A stretch of DNA of 64,000 nt from Alphaproteobacteria bacterium (lineage in GTDB: Bacteria; Pseudomonadota; Alphaproteobacteria; RF32; CAG-239). Position 1 is the first letter of the stretch. Each line of letters opens with the position of its first letter. The DNA lies in contig JAFTWG010000012.1 of assembly GCA_017465405.1 (NCBI GenBank), positions 3,692-67,691 of the forward strand. Reading direction: 5' to 3'. Below the pieces are notes generated by a model. It worked only from the letters and a program-made list of their open reading frames with translations, did no database searches and was not told where the DNA came from. The position numbers and the translations under genes were made by a program. This document shows positions 1 through 9,758 of the stretch, one piece after another.

Positions 1-1240
1 TAGAATAGTCAGGAACAATTTTATCCAAATTTTCAACCGTTATCTTAGCGTTTCCGACAACATAATCCCCTGCTTTTTTGGTTGCCGCAACAAAATTTAA
101 ATTTGCATCTTCAAAAACTCCGTTTACCTGCATTTTAAATTCCATTTTTGCAAGAACATCATCAACAACCAACATAAGCTCCTTTTGATACTTGTCATCA
201 ATTTTGGTCATATCTGCATTATCTTTATTTGCAAGAGCTTCTTCCATCATTTTTTCTTGTACTGATGATATTTGTTTTACGGCATCAACAGGAATATCCT
301 TAAACAAATATTTAATCACAAGTCTGTTCAATTTAAATTCGCTCAATAGCGGAGACGATATATTATACAAATCGGTTCCGGCACTAATTTTCAAACTGTC
401 ATTTGCGATATCTTTTTCAGTTTTTGTGATAACTTTCATATCCATAGTTATCGGAGTCCCCATTGCTTCAACGCTAAAACCGTTTACATTCATCACTGAT
501 GATGAATCCAAACCGGCACCGGCATCCATTATAAGTTTTGAATATTCTTTTTGACCGTTATCTTCATAAACTGCCACCATTTTGTTCACAATAGATTTAA
601 TGGACAAAGAGAACATCATGTGTTTAAAATTCAAACCGTCGGCATTCCAGTCAACACTGTATGTCATTTTTCCATCCGATGGAACCATGGTCGAATTAAA
701 ATTGAGTGATTTTAAATTGGCTATTTCACTTTTTAAACCGGTAGAGCTATCTTTTTCGGCATAAATAACATTTTCAGCTTTTATATGTTGAGCAACAATT
801 TCCTTAATTTCCGGAACAAAGTGTAATTCTTCCGAATATTTTGTCGGCACAAAATTGTGAAAAGAAAACAAATTATGAGCAATATTCTGAAGTCTGGACG
901 GAGAATTTGAAGACAGTTTGTAGCGAGATTTTCCGTTAAAATCTTCAATTTTAATCACATCCATTTCCGAAGCTGAAATTTTTTCACTTATCTCAACAGG
1001 TTCGCCTTTTTCATCAAATTTCGGCAAACCGAGTTCATCAGTTGCAAATGTTATAACCTCGTTTTCAGGAAGTTTTACTTTCCATCCGGAACCGAAATCC
1101 TCTACGGTAACAGTTTCATATATGTCAGAAAAAGTTTCTGCAAGACTTTTTTGTAATTCTTCCGTTGTTAAGTCAGCTGCATAAGAATATCCCGACAACA
1201 AACAGGCTATTGCAACGGTTGATAAAAATTTTCTACTCAT
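1..1240 (-). CDS. secreted protein of unknown function, N-terminally complete, 3' end beyond window
   Basis: Reverse-strand reading from ATG at 1240 gives MSRKFLSTVAIACLLSGYSYA|ADLTTEELQKSL..., a signal peptide with AxA cleavage site. A GGAGGTG RBS sits 4 nt upstream. The frame stays open to position 1. It is absent from the ORF track only because it lacks a stop in the window. Confidence 0.55.
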   Translation of the reverse strand, partial: MSRKFLSTVAIACLLSGYSYAADLTTEELQKSLAETFSDIYETVTVEDFGSGWKVKLPENEVITFATDELGLPKFDEKGEPVEISEKISASEMDVIKIEDFNGKSRYKLSSNSPSRLQNIAHNLFSFHNFVPTKYSEELHFVPEIKEIVAQHIKAENVIYAEKDSSTGLKSEIANLKSLNFNSTMVPSDGKMTYSVDWNADGLNFKHMMFSLSIKSIVNKMVAVYEDNGQKEYSKLIMDAGAGLDSSSVMNVNGFSVEAMGTPITMDMKVITKTEKDIANDSLKISAGTDLYNISSPLLSEFKLNRLVIKYLFKDIPVDAVKQISSVQEKMMEEALANKDNADMTKIDDKYQKELMLVVDDVLAKMEFKMQVNGVFEDANLNFVAATKKAGDYVVGNAKITVENLDKIVPDYS

Positions 1241-1379
1241 AAGCACCTCCAAATAATATTCGCCCATATTATAATCAGTAAAAAACAATTAAACAATAAC
1301 TTTAAGTAATATATTGACAAAAAACAACTTGCCAATATTGCTAAAATATGGTATAAGGTTACGCATTGCATGAAACATT

Positions 1380-2462
1380 ATGATGTTTTTGCGACTGTTT
1401 TTATTAACAATTTTAGGAAAAATAATGACACAAAACAAAGATTTGATATCAGCCTATCATACTATTGATAAGGAAATTGAAGCTTTGAATATGATGAAAT
1501 CAGAGCTTGATGCGTCTTTAACCGCAGCATTGGATTTAATGCAATCAGCAAAAGGTCGTGTTATCGTTACGGGTATGGGCAAGTCCGGTCATATCGGCAA
1601 AAAAATTGCCGCTACCATGGCTTCAACCGGCACTCCTTCTTTCTTTGTACACCCTGCAGAAGCCAGTCATGGTGACTTAGGTATGTTAACCGGCGATGAC
1701 GTTGTGTTAGCTATTTCAAACGGCGGAGAATCAAAAGAATTGTCTGATATTCTCATTTATTGCAAAAGATATGGAATTCCTTTGATTTCAATGACAAAAA
1801 ATCCTAACAGCACATTAGGCAAAGCCGGCGATATTTTATTAAGATTACCAAATGACGGCGAAGCTTGTCCTTTAGGACTTGCTCCGACATCATCAACAAC
1901 CGCAACCTTGGTTTTAGGTGACGTTTTGGCAATTGCTTTGCTTGAACGCAAAGGCTTTTCGGTTAATGATTACAAACAACGTCATCCGGGCGGAAAATTA
2001 GGTGCTATCCTACAAAAAGTTTCCGATTTAATGCACACCGGCGATGATATTCCTTTGATTGATGAAAATGCAGGAATGCGTCAAATTATTACAACCATGT
2101 CTTCAAAGATGCTCGGTTGTGTCGGAATTATTGACAAAGACGGCAACTTAACAGGTATGATTACTGATGGTGACTTACGTCGTGCAATGGTAAATTCTAC
2201 TGATGATGAATTGTTTACTCGTACAGCAACTCAAATTATGACCAAAAACCCGAAAGTTACATCTGCAGATGTATTGGTTGCTGAAGTTGTAAACTTTATG
2301 AACAGCAAAAGCATTACACAGTTGTTTGTTGTTGAGGATCAAAAACCTATCGGTGTAATTCACTTACACGACTGTTTGCGTGCCGGTTTTACAGTTGGTG
2401 AAAAAGATGAAGCATCTGCCAACGCTAATACTAACGTATATAACCTTCGTAAAGTGGCATAA
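1380..2462 (+). CDS. kdsD: arabinose-5-phosphate isomerase KdsD/KpsF (SIS + tandem CBS domains). True start more likely the ATG at 1425 (MTQNKDL)
   Basis: SIS motif GMGKSGHIGKKIAATMASTGTPSFFVHPAEASHGDLGML and a C-terminal CBS pair. Conserved position upstream of the lpt genes. Confidence 0.9.
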   Translation: MMFLRLFLLTILGKIMTQNKDLISAYHTIDKEIEALNMMKSELDASLTAALDLMQSAKGRVIVTGMGKSGHIGKKIAATMASTGTPSFFVHPAEASHGDLGMLTGDDVVLAISNGGESKELSDILIYCKRYGIPLISMTKNPNSTLGKAGDILLRLPNDGEACPLGLAPTSSTTATLVLGDVLAIALLERKGFSVNDYKQRHPGGKLGAILQKVSDLMHTGDDIPLIDENAGMRQIITTMSSKMLGCVGIIDKDGNLTGMITDGDLRRAMVNSTDDELFTRTATQIMTKNPKVTSADVLVAEVVNFMNSKSITQLFVVEDQKPIGVIHLHDCLRAGFTVGEKDEASANANTNVYNLRKVA

Positions 2463-2466
2463 TTAG

Positions 2467-3648
2467 GTGTTTGATTTAAAACAATTAGATAATCTTTTTA
2501 ATGACGATAGCCTAAAAAAACAAATTAGTGCTAATGAGGCGGTTTTGCAAAAGCAACGAAAACGAATTCGAATTATAAAAATTTGTTTTCCAGCTATTGC
2601 AGCCGCCCTTATTGGTATATTGGCCGTTCTCCCGAATTTACAGGAAAGAGACGAATTTTCCATCCAAATTTCTAAACCCACAAGACAAGAGTTAGAAAAA
2701 TTACATATGGAAAATACGGTTTTATACGTTACCGACAAAGCAAATAGAGTCAATAGCTTTACTGCTGAAAATATTGATGAAACCGCCCCCGGTTCACAGT
2801 TGGTAAAATTTAAAAATCCGGTAGGAAAAATTCCTACATCGGATACCGAATGGCTTGATATTACAGCTCCAACCGGATTTTATAACCAAAAAACCAAACT
2901 CATTTCATTAAATGAAGATGTAAACATAAAACACAATAGCGGAACAGTCGGAAAAACCAGCGAAATGTTTTACGATTCTAACAAATCTCTGGCGTACGGA
3001 AGCAAACCCACCATAATTGAGGGAGATTCCGGCACGATAAATGCTCAAGGTTTCAAATATTACACCAACAAAGAACATATTATTTTTACCGGAAAAACCG
3101 AAATTCATACATCACCGACTTCATTCGGTGAAAAAACGGATATATATGCAGATAAAACTGTTGAATATTTCAAAACCGAACAAAAACTAATCGCCAAAGG
3201 TAATGCCATTGTTAAAAGAAGCGGTATGAATATCAATGGCGAAATTATAACCGCCGTATTTATAAAACAAAATGATAAAACACAAATAAATGATTTTACG
3301 GCTCAAGAAAATGTTTCGGTTGATAACAATAAAAATAAAGTATATTCAGACTATCTGAAAGCATTTTTTAAGTTATCCGAAAAGAAAGAAAACGTTATTG
3401 ACAGAATTGAAATGACAGGTAACGTAAAAACCAAAACCGCTGACGGAGAAGTATATGCAGACAAGGCAATATACTATCCCAACACAGGAAAAGTTGAACT
3501 TTTTGAAAATGTTGTTATTGTTAAAGACGGAAATAGAATGCAGGGAACTAAAGCTGAAACAAACCTTAATACAGGGGCAAGCAAAATTTTTGCCGGCAAG
3601 AAGAATCGGGTATCCGGTGTATTTTATGAAGGCAGTATAGAAAAATAA
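2467..3648 (+). CDS. OstA-family LPS export protein, LptC-like N-terminal membrane anchor plus extended LptA-like periplasmic domain (393 aa, possible LptC/LptA fusion)
   Basis: Single N-terminal TM ([18 protein letters not shown]), then a long beta-rich periplasmic region. It occupies the lptC/lptA slot between kdsD and lptB. Confidence 0.55.
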   Translation: MFDLKQLDNLFNDDSLKKQISANEAVLQKQRKRIRIIKICFPAIAAALIGILAVLPNLQERDEFSIQISKPTRQELEKLHMENTVLYVTDKANRVNSFTAENIDETAPGSQLVKFKNPVGKIPTSDTEWLDITAPTGFYNQKTKLISLNEDVNIKHNSGTVGKTSEMFYDSNKSLAYGSKPTIIEGDSGTINAQGFKYYTNKEHIIFTGKTEIHTSPTSFGEKTDIYADKTVEYFKTEQKLIAKGNAIVKRSGMNINGEIITAVFIKQNDKTQINDFTAQENVSVDNNKNKVYSDYLKAFFKLSEKKENVIDRIEMTGNVKTKTADGEVYADKAIYYPNTGKVELFENVVIVKDGNRMQGTKAETNLNTGASKIFAGKKNRVSGVFYEGSIEK

Positions 3649-3665
3649 TACTTGGGAAAAACAAG

Positions 3666-4406
3666 ATGTTTGATAAAAAACAAAATTCTACTCTTGAAGT
3701 TTTTAATATCGGAAAAAAATATAAAAATCGTCCGGTATTGCGTAATGTTTCTTTACATGTAAAACGAGGCGAAGCTGTCGGACTACTCGGTCCTAACGGA
3801 GCCGGAAAAACAACTTGTTTTTATTGTGTAACCGGTCTCATTACTCCTGATTATGGCGATGTACACATTGACGGACAGGATATTACAACTTTGCCTATGT
3901 ATCGTCGTGCACAAATGGGTATCGGCTATCTTCCGCAAGAGGCGTCTATTTTCAGAAGCTTGAGTGTAGAAGATAATATTAAGGCAATTTTGGAAATTGT
4001 TATTGATAACGAAGATAAAAGAGAAAATATGCTTGAAGAATTGTTATCAGAATTTTCAATTTCACACTTAAGAAAATCTCCTGCAATGGCTTTATCCGGC
4101 GGTGAGCGTCGCCGTTTGGAAATTGCAAGAGCTTTGGCAAGTCAACCCAATTTCATTCTGCTTGATGAACCCTTGGCCGGAATTGACCCTATTGCCGTAG
4201 GAGAAATCAGAAATTTGGTCTCACAGCTCAAACACCGAGGCTTGGGGGTATTAATTACTGACCATAACGTCAGAGAAACCCTTGATATTACTGACAGAGC
4301 ATATATTTTACATGGTGGTACGGTTCTAATGGAAGGAACTCCGGAAGAAATTGTTGCCAACGAAGAAGTACGCAGAGTATATCTCGGCGATAATTTTTCT
4401 ATGTAA
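3666..4406 (+). CDS. lptB: LPS export ABC transporter ATP-binding protein LptB
   Basis: Walker [10 protein letters not shown], signature [15 protein letters not shown], Walker B ILLDEP. Position after lptC/A. Confidence 0.85.
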   Translation: MFDKKQNSTLEVFNIGKKYKNRPVLRNVSLHVKRGEAVGLLGPNGAGKTTCFYCVTGLITPDYGDVHIDGQDITTLPMYRRAQMGIGYLPQEASIFRSLSVEDNIKAILEIVIDNEDKRENMLEELLSEFSISHLRKSPAMALSGGERRRLEIARALASQPNFILLDEPLAGIDPIAVGEIRNLVSQLKHRGLGVLITDHNVRETLDITDRAYILHGGTVLMEGTPEEIVANEEVRRVYLGDNFSM

Positions 4407-4514
4407 TTTAACTTTTTTTTAAGTGTATTAGTCCAAAACTTGGCTTGTATTCTCTCAAAAATATGATACAATGAGAGTTCAAGGTTACAATTTATATTTT
4501 GCAAGGAAAAAATT

Positions 4515-5081
4515 ATGAAGATTACATTTACAGGTAAACAAGTTGATATCAGTGACAGATTGCGCACTCATATTGAAGGAAATGTTTTGAACGCAGTAAC
4601 AAAATATTTTAGTGACCCGATAGGTTGCAATGTTGCTTTCTCTAAAGAAGGTGAAGATTTTTCAGCTGAAGTTACCGTTCACCCTGCAAAAAACATCGTA
4701 TTAAAAGGTACAGGTAAAGGTAGCGATCCTTACACCGCTTTTGATGATGCTAATGCTCATATCGTTGTCAGATTAAGCAAACACAAAAATCGCTTAAAAG
4801 ATCATAAAAGCAAAATCGGTTTAGCTGAATTGGCAAGTGAAGCTGTTTTACCGATTATTGAAACAGAAGAAGAAATGGACGTTAACGTTGATGCTCCGTT
4901 GACTATTGCAGAAACAGGTGCAAATGTTCCGGTATGTTCTGTAAGCGAAGCTGTAATGTATATGGATTTGGCTAATGAATGTGCTTTGATGTTCAGAAAT
5001 GCTACAAACAATCGCATCAGTATGGTATATCGTCGCAAAGACGGTAACATCGGTTGGGTTGAACCGAAAGCAGACAAATAA
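4515..5081 (+). CDS. hpf: ribosome hibernation promoting factor, long form (188 aa)
   Basis: Sigma-54-modulation/RaiA-family N-domain plus a C-terminal dimerisation domain. Conserved neighbour of lptB and ptsN. Confidence 0.8.
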   Translation: MKITFTGKQVDISDRLRTHIEGNVLNAVTKYFSDPIGCNVAFSKEGEDFSAEVTVHPAKNIVLKGTGKGSDPYTAFDDANAHIVVRLSKHKNRLKDHKSKIGLAELASEAVLPIIETEEEMDVNVDAPLTIAETGANVPVCSVSEAVMYMDLANECALMFRNATNNRISMVYRRKDGNIGWVEPKADK

Positions 5082-5096
5082 TACAAGGTATTTTAT

Positions 5097-5540
5097 ATGA
5101 AAATTTCTGATATATTGAATATTGCAGACGTTATCACTTTGGATAAAATTTCATCTAAACGTGAACTTTTGCAAAATTTAACAACTCAAGCCGCTAAGAC
5201 TGCTAATGTTGACGGTCGTACCTTGTTTGATGTTGTTTTAGAACGTGAAAATTTAGGCACAACCGCTTTCGGAAAAGGAACAGCTCTTCCGCATGGACGT
5301 ATTCCTGAATTGAACAAAATTCAAACTGTATTTGCAAAGGTTAACGGCGGAGCTGATTTTGATGCTGCTGATGGTCAAAAAGTAGATTTAGTATTTATGC
5401 TACTATCTCCGGAGAATAGCGGTGCAGATCATTTGATGGCTTTGGCAGAAATGTCAAAACTGATTAAGAACGAAAATATATGTTCCCAATTACGAAAAGC
5501 AACAAACTCATCAGAAATATATAAAATTCTTACAGAATAA
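5097..5540 (+). CDS. ptsN: PTS EIIA (fructose/mannitol type, PtsN-like nitrogen-regulatory IIA)
   Basis: 147 aa with the phosphorylatable His in GTALPHGRI. Canonical position after hpf. Confidence 0.7.
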   Translation: MKISDILNIADVITLDKISSKRELLQNLTTQAAKTANVDGRTLFDVVLERENLGTTAFGKGTALPHGRIPELNKIQTVFAKVNGGADFDAADGQKVDLVFMLLSPENSGADHLMALAEMSKLIKNENICSQLRKATNSSEIYKILTE

Positions 5541-5575
5541 AAAAAACTCCGAACGACAGTTCGGAGTTTTTCTTT
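5541..5575. terminator. bidirectional rho-independent terminator between ptsN and the 326-aa minus-strand gene
   Basis: AAAAAA CTCCGAAC gaca GTTCGGAG TTTTTC. Perfect 8-bp stem flanked by an A-run and a T-run. Confidence 0.8.
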
Positions 5576-5589
5576 CAGAGGTAAATGCC

Positions 5590-6570
5590 TTAATCTTTTA
5601 ATACATTTACTTTTTCGTCACTGTATAGATTGAGCAAATCAACGACAAACCTTTCAGGTGTGGTCAATTCCTCATCCGTACGACGTTCCAAGTGCCATTT
5701 TTCGTGCAGTCTCCTAACTTTAAAGAAAACGACACTCCCCATTCCCAATTTTTTAAGTACGGGATAAGCATCGGTCAGCAGGTCATAAGTTTCTTTAGAA
5801 ACCCAATCATCAAGGAAAAGCCAGTTAATCAGGGTAACATTACCGGTAATGCTGGTCAAAACTTCACGGATGAAGTCAAAACACATTTGCTTTACCAACA
5901 ATGGTTTGTCCAGCTTGCTATCATAAATATGATATACAACCAAACTTTGTTCCTGAAGAATCTTCTGATTGTTCGAAAACTCGGTATCCAAAGCTATTTT
6001 CAACAACTCCAGAGGAATAGGTTTTTCATATTCCTGAAGATTGCGAAGATGCTTTAACACCTGTAACTGAAACAATCTGTCTTCATCAGCCCTGCGAGTC
6101 TTATCCTCTTCTTCTGCGACTTTGTTTTTCAACCCCTCCATATCAAAGTTTTTGATATATTCTACCGCATAACGATAAAACTCATCATACTTACGAAGGT
6201 AGTTCTTAACATAGTCCATAACCTGCCCCAAAATGCGACTTGGTCGGTGTCCTTTACTTTGTTGCAAATAGTTACGTCTCTCAGCCAAAGCTACAACTTT
6301 GTCCAGATTAACATCTTTCTCGTTGCGGATTTTGAGAACAAGCTGATACGCATAAGTTTCCGGATCAACTCGAAGATCGTTGATGTCTCTTGACATCTTC
6401 AGAAACCACTTGTCATACAACGCTTTTTCAAACTCCGCGAAAGGAGCCAACAAATCCAAAACGATATCCGTATCTTTCTCTAACTGAGAGAGAATAACCG
6501 CAACTTTTCTGGTTGCACGAGGCATTTTTGCATTAGCGATTTTTTCGCCTACTTCTTTTGATATTTCCAT
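5590..6570 (-). CDS. hypothetical protein, 326 aa, no recognisable domain. First gene of an atypical-composition trio
   Basis: Long clean ORF. By eye it has higher G+C and more C/G-ending codons than its flanks. Mostly helical, charged sequence with no motif I can name. Confidence 0.6.
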   Translation of the reverse strand: MEISKEVGEKIANAKMPRATRKVAVILSQLEKDTDIVLDLLAPFAEFEKALYDKWFLKMSRDINDLRVDPETYAYQLVLKIRNEKDVNLDKVVALAERRNYLQQSKGHRPSRILGQVMDYVKNYLRKYDEFYRYAVEYIKNFDMEGLKNKVAEEEDKTRRADEDRLFQLQVLKHLRNLQEYEKPIPLELLKIALDTEFSNNQKILQEQSLVVYHIYDSKLDKPLLVKQMCFDFIREVLTSITGNVTLINWLFLDDWVSKETYDLLTDAYPVLKKLGMGSVVFFKVRRLHEKWHLERRTDEELTTPERFVVDLLNLYSDEKVNVLKD

Positions 6571-6619
6571 AATAGTACTTGTTTAACTTTAGAAGTTTAA
6601 CATTTTTTCGAATTTTCGT

Positions 6620-6657
6620 CAACAAAAAGACGTTTCCCCCTATGGAGGAAACGTCTG
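6620..6657 (-). terminator. rho-independent terminator downstream of the 252-aa gene (minus strand)
   Basis: Minus strand reads GACGTTTCC-tccataggg-GGAAACGTC followed by TTTTTGTT. Confidence 0.7.
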
Positions 6658-6672
6658 ATAACAGATTTCTGA

Positions 6673-7431
6673 CTACCACTCTACATCATATCCGAATGTA
6701 TAGAGCAAAGTCTGAAAGTAGTACAACCTTCTGGCTCTTCTGCCTGCCTGCGAAGTCCTTTCAGGATCCTGCATTTCAAGCTTTCTGGCTAAAGCCAATC
6801 TCTCTTCCTCTTTTTTGAGGTGCTTGCGAATCTTGTTCACAAGCAGCGGCATCATCTCTCGGAATGCCTCAACCGGTGCATGCCTACCTGTATCCCCCTC
6901 GTGCTTAATCATAAGACGAATGGCATCCAGAGGCACAAAGTCACGATTCCAAAGCTGAATCCACATTGAAACTGATGGTTCTGCTCCTGCCTCATACCTT
7001 TTCTCCAAATATTTGAAACAGAATTTGGCGAGGTCATGGTCTTTTTCAGGATACTTCAGACCATCAATGAGAAGATTCTCTGTCTCAAGAGAGAAACCGG
7101 GAACTCCTTCATATCGAAGGATAAACTCCTTGAATTTTTCTCTTTCCTCTTCAGAGAGAGCTGCCTGCTCAAGGTTACGGTGAATAAGGTATTCGTGACG
7201 TCGATTGTAGATATAATTCCACAAATCCATCATTTCCTTTTTCACTGCATCCTTATCGCTGTCAGTAAGAAAGAACGGGATAACGTCTTCAATGTTCTCA
7301 CCCTCTTCTCTCTCCAAACTAACAGGATTTCTCTTTGCCTCTCTACGAGCAAACTCCTCAGGATGGCGTGCTTTCCACTGGTTGCGAAGTTCTTCAATCT
7401 GCTCCGCTGTCGGTTTAAACTTTTTCTTCAT
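6673..7431 (-). CDS. hypothetical protein, 252 aa, unknown function
   Basis: Clean ORF with the same atypical composition, followed by its own terminator. No motif recognised. Confidence 0.6.
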   Translation of the reverse strand: MKKKFKPTAEQIEELRNQWKARHPEEFARREAKRNPVSLEREEGENIEDVIPFFLTDSDKDAVKKEMMDLWNYIYNRRHEYLIHRNLEQAALSEEEREKFKEFILRYEGVPGFSLETENLLIDGLKYPEKDHDLAKFCFKYLEKRYEAGAEPSVSMWIQLWNRDFVPLDAIRLMIKHEGDTGRHAPVEAFREMMPLLVNKIRKHLKKEEERLALARKLEMQDPERTSQAGRRARRLYYFQTLLYTFGYDVEW

Positions 7432-7443
7432 CTGCTGTTGTTT

Positions 7444-7749
7444 TTACTTGTGTGACAAAAACTTGCTCTCGAAAGAACTGATTGCTTGCAACATTGTGCT
7501 GTTGTCTTTTGCACAGGCACGAGCTACCGCCACGAAGGTCTTGTAGGCGTCACGCGTTGTTGCATCGACGTGAGGCTTCTTGTTGTGGATGATGGCCTCG
7601 GCCTTGTACTTAATGATAGGTTTTCTGAAACCGCTCATACGCATATCCTCGGTTACTTCGTTTACTACCACGAGGATTTCCTCTACTGTTGCAGTCTTCA
7701 AGCTCTTCTTGAACTCGTTAGATGCCTTTTTAGCTTCTTCTTTTGTCAT
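7444..7749 (-). CDS. hypothetical protein, 101 aa. Start codon of the trio operon
   Basis: ORF 12 nt upstream of the 252-aa gene. It shares the atypical composition. Confidence 0.5.
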   Translation of the reverse strand: MTKEEAKKASNEFKKSLKTATVEEILVVVNEVTEDMRMSGFRKPIIKYKAEAIIHNKKPHVDATTRDAYKTFVAVARACAKDNSTMLQAISSFESKFLSHK

Positions 7750-7923
7750 TTTAAAAAAAGTTTTAAATTAATAATTATCTAAATGCTTAAATAGCTCTTT
7801 TTAATATAGACAAAAAACGGACATATTGCAAGTAAAAAATTTTATAAAAATTATAGATTTTTTGAACTTTTATAATTATTATTTCGTTTTAGAGGTATGA
7901 GTAAATTTTTATAGGATAAAAAA

Positions 7924-9069
7924 ATGATTAAAAAAATTGTTATAATCGCTACCATCGGTGCTATTGCTTGGTATGGATTTTCTTTTTATAAAAAGGATAA
8001 TACAAAAGATAGCTTTATAACTCACAAACTCTCTCGCGGAAACATCACCGAAATGGTTTCTGCTTCGGGAACAATTAATCCTATTTCAAGTATTGATGTC
8101 GGTACACAAGTTTCGGGGCGTATTCAAAAAATTTATGTCGATTATAACTCTATTGTAAAAAAAGACCAACTTTTAGCCGAAATTGATCCATCTTCTTTTG
8201 AATCAAATGTTGCAAAAGAAAAAGCTAATCTTGACGTTGCTAAAGCACAAGTTATGAGTGCTAAAGCTGCAAGAGACTATTATAAAAAACATCTCGCCAG
8301 AATAAGCAAGCTGAACAAACAAAACTACTCTGCCGATAAAGAACTTGATGAAGCACAGAGAGACTATGATACCGCCGTTGCAAATGTTGCTTTACACGAA
8401 GCTCAAGTTGAACAAGCACAAGCTGCTCTTGATTATAACAAAATTCAACTCGGTTATACCAAAATTATATCTCCGGTTGACGGCATTATCGTATCTAAAA
8501 GTGTAGAAGAAGGACAAACCGTTGCTGCAAGTTTTGAAACCCCTACCCTATTCAATGTTGCCGAAGATTTAACCAAAATGCAAATAGAAGCAACGGTTGT
8601 AGAAGCCGATATTTCAAAAGTTAAAGAAGGTCAAAAAGTTCTGTTTAATGTTGACAGTTTTCCAAACGAAACTTTTGAAGGAATTGTAACTCAGGTTCGC
8701 AATGAAGCGGTTACAACTTCCAATGTCGTAACCTATGAAGTAGTTATTTCAGTCAATAACTTGGAACATAAATTCAAACCCGGAATGACCGCTAACGTAG
8801 AAATCATTACGGCAAATGAAAAAGATATTTTAGTAGTGCCCAACAAAGCTCTACGTTTTTCAATGGGAGATGACATTCGTTATCAACAAAAAGGTGTATG
8901 GATTTTAAAAGACGGAAAACCGCAACGTATAAATGTTGTTGCCGGTGTTTATGATGATAACAATACCCAAATAACCAGTAATGAATTACACGAAGGAACG
9001 GAAATTATTGTTGAAAAAGCTGATACCGTTCAAAGAAGCGGTCGTAAAATGCCGATGAGGATGAGATAA
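7924..9069 (+). CDS. HlyD/MacA-family periplasmic adaptor (membrane fusion protein)
   Basis: N-terminal TM, coiled-coil region (ANLDVAKAQV...HEAQVEQAQAALDYNK) and a biotinyl-lipoyl-like beta-barrel. It precedes the ABC ATPase and permease. Confidence 0.8.
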   Translation: MIKKIVIIATIGAIAWYGFSFYKKDNTKDSFITHKLSRGNITEMVSASGTINPISSIDVGTQVSGRIQKIYVDYNSIVKKDQLLAEIDPSSFESNVAKEKANLDVAKAQVMSAKAARDYYKKHLARISKLNKQNYSADKELDEAQRDYDTAVANVALHEAQVEQAQAALDYNKIQLGYTKIISPVDGIIVSKSVEEGQTVAASFETPTLFNVAEDLTKMQIEATVVEADISKVKEGQKVLFNVDSFPNETFEGIVTQVRNEAVTTSNVVTYEVVISVNNLEHKFKPGMTANVEIITANEKDILVVPNKALRFSMGDDIRYQQKGVWILKDGKPQRINVVAGVYDDNNTQITSNELHEGTEIIVEKADTVQRSGRKMPMRMR

Positions 9070-9758
9070 TGTCATTAATAAAGCTCGAAAATATCAAAAA
9101 AAGTTACCCTCTGGGCGATGAAATGTTAGAAATATTAAAAGGTATTTCGTTAGAGATAAATGCCGGAGAATTTGTTGCAATTATGGGACCTTCCGGCTCA
9201 GGAAAATCGACATTGATGAATATTTTGGGCTGTCTTGATAAACCGACTTCCGGAAGATATTTTTTAGATAATAAAGAAGTAGGAACTCTGGAAAATGATG
9301 ATTTAGCAACTATTCGCAATCAGAAAATCGGCTTTGTTTTTCAAGGTTTTAATTTGCTCTCTCGCACCTCGGCACTTGAAAACGTCGAACTTCCGATGGT
9401 CTATGCAGGTGTTCCCGATTTTGAAAGACACAAAAAAGCAATTAAAGCTCTTAAAGCTGTTGGTCTGGAAAAACGTATGGACCATCAACCAAACCAATTA
9501 TCCGGTGGACAACAACAACGTGTTGCAATAGCACGAGCTCTCGTAAACGAAGCTCCGATTATTTTTGCAGATGAACCGACCGGAAATTTAGACACTAAAA
9601 CGAGTATTGAGGTTATGGAACTCTTCACAAAATTTAATAAAGAATTGGGAAGAACCATAATTTTGGTTACCCACGAAGAAGATATTGCGATGTATGCCGA
9701 TAGAATTATCAAAGTTGTTGACGGAGAAATTTTAAGCGATACGAGGAACAAAAAATGA
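9069..9758 (+). CDS. ABC transporter ATP-binding protein, MacB/LolD/FtsE-like
   Basis: Walker A GPSGSGKST, signature LSGGQQQRVAIARAL, Walker B IFADEPTGNLD. The ATGA start overlaps the adaptor's stop. Confidence 0.85.
   Translation: MSLIKLENIKKSYPLGDEMLEILKGISLEINAGEFVAIMGPSGSGKSTLMNILGCLDKPTSGRYFLDNKEVGTLENDDLATIRNQKIGFVFQGFNLLSRTSALENVELPMVYAGVPDFERHKKAIKALKAVGLEKRMDHQPNQLSGGQQQRVAIARALVNEAPIIFADEPTGNLDTKTSIEVMELFTKFNKELGRTIILVTHEEDIAMYADRIIKVVDGEILSDTRNKK

Noticed and set aside
192-764. Plus-strand ORFs 192-554 and 582-764
   Set aside because: They lie antisense to a long uninterrupted minus-strand secreted-protein gene (1-1240) that has a proper signal peptide and RBS. They are low-complexity, hydrophobic-looking junk translations typical of AT-rich DNA.
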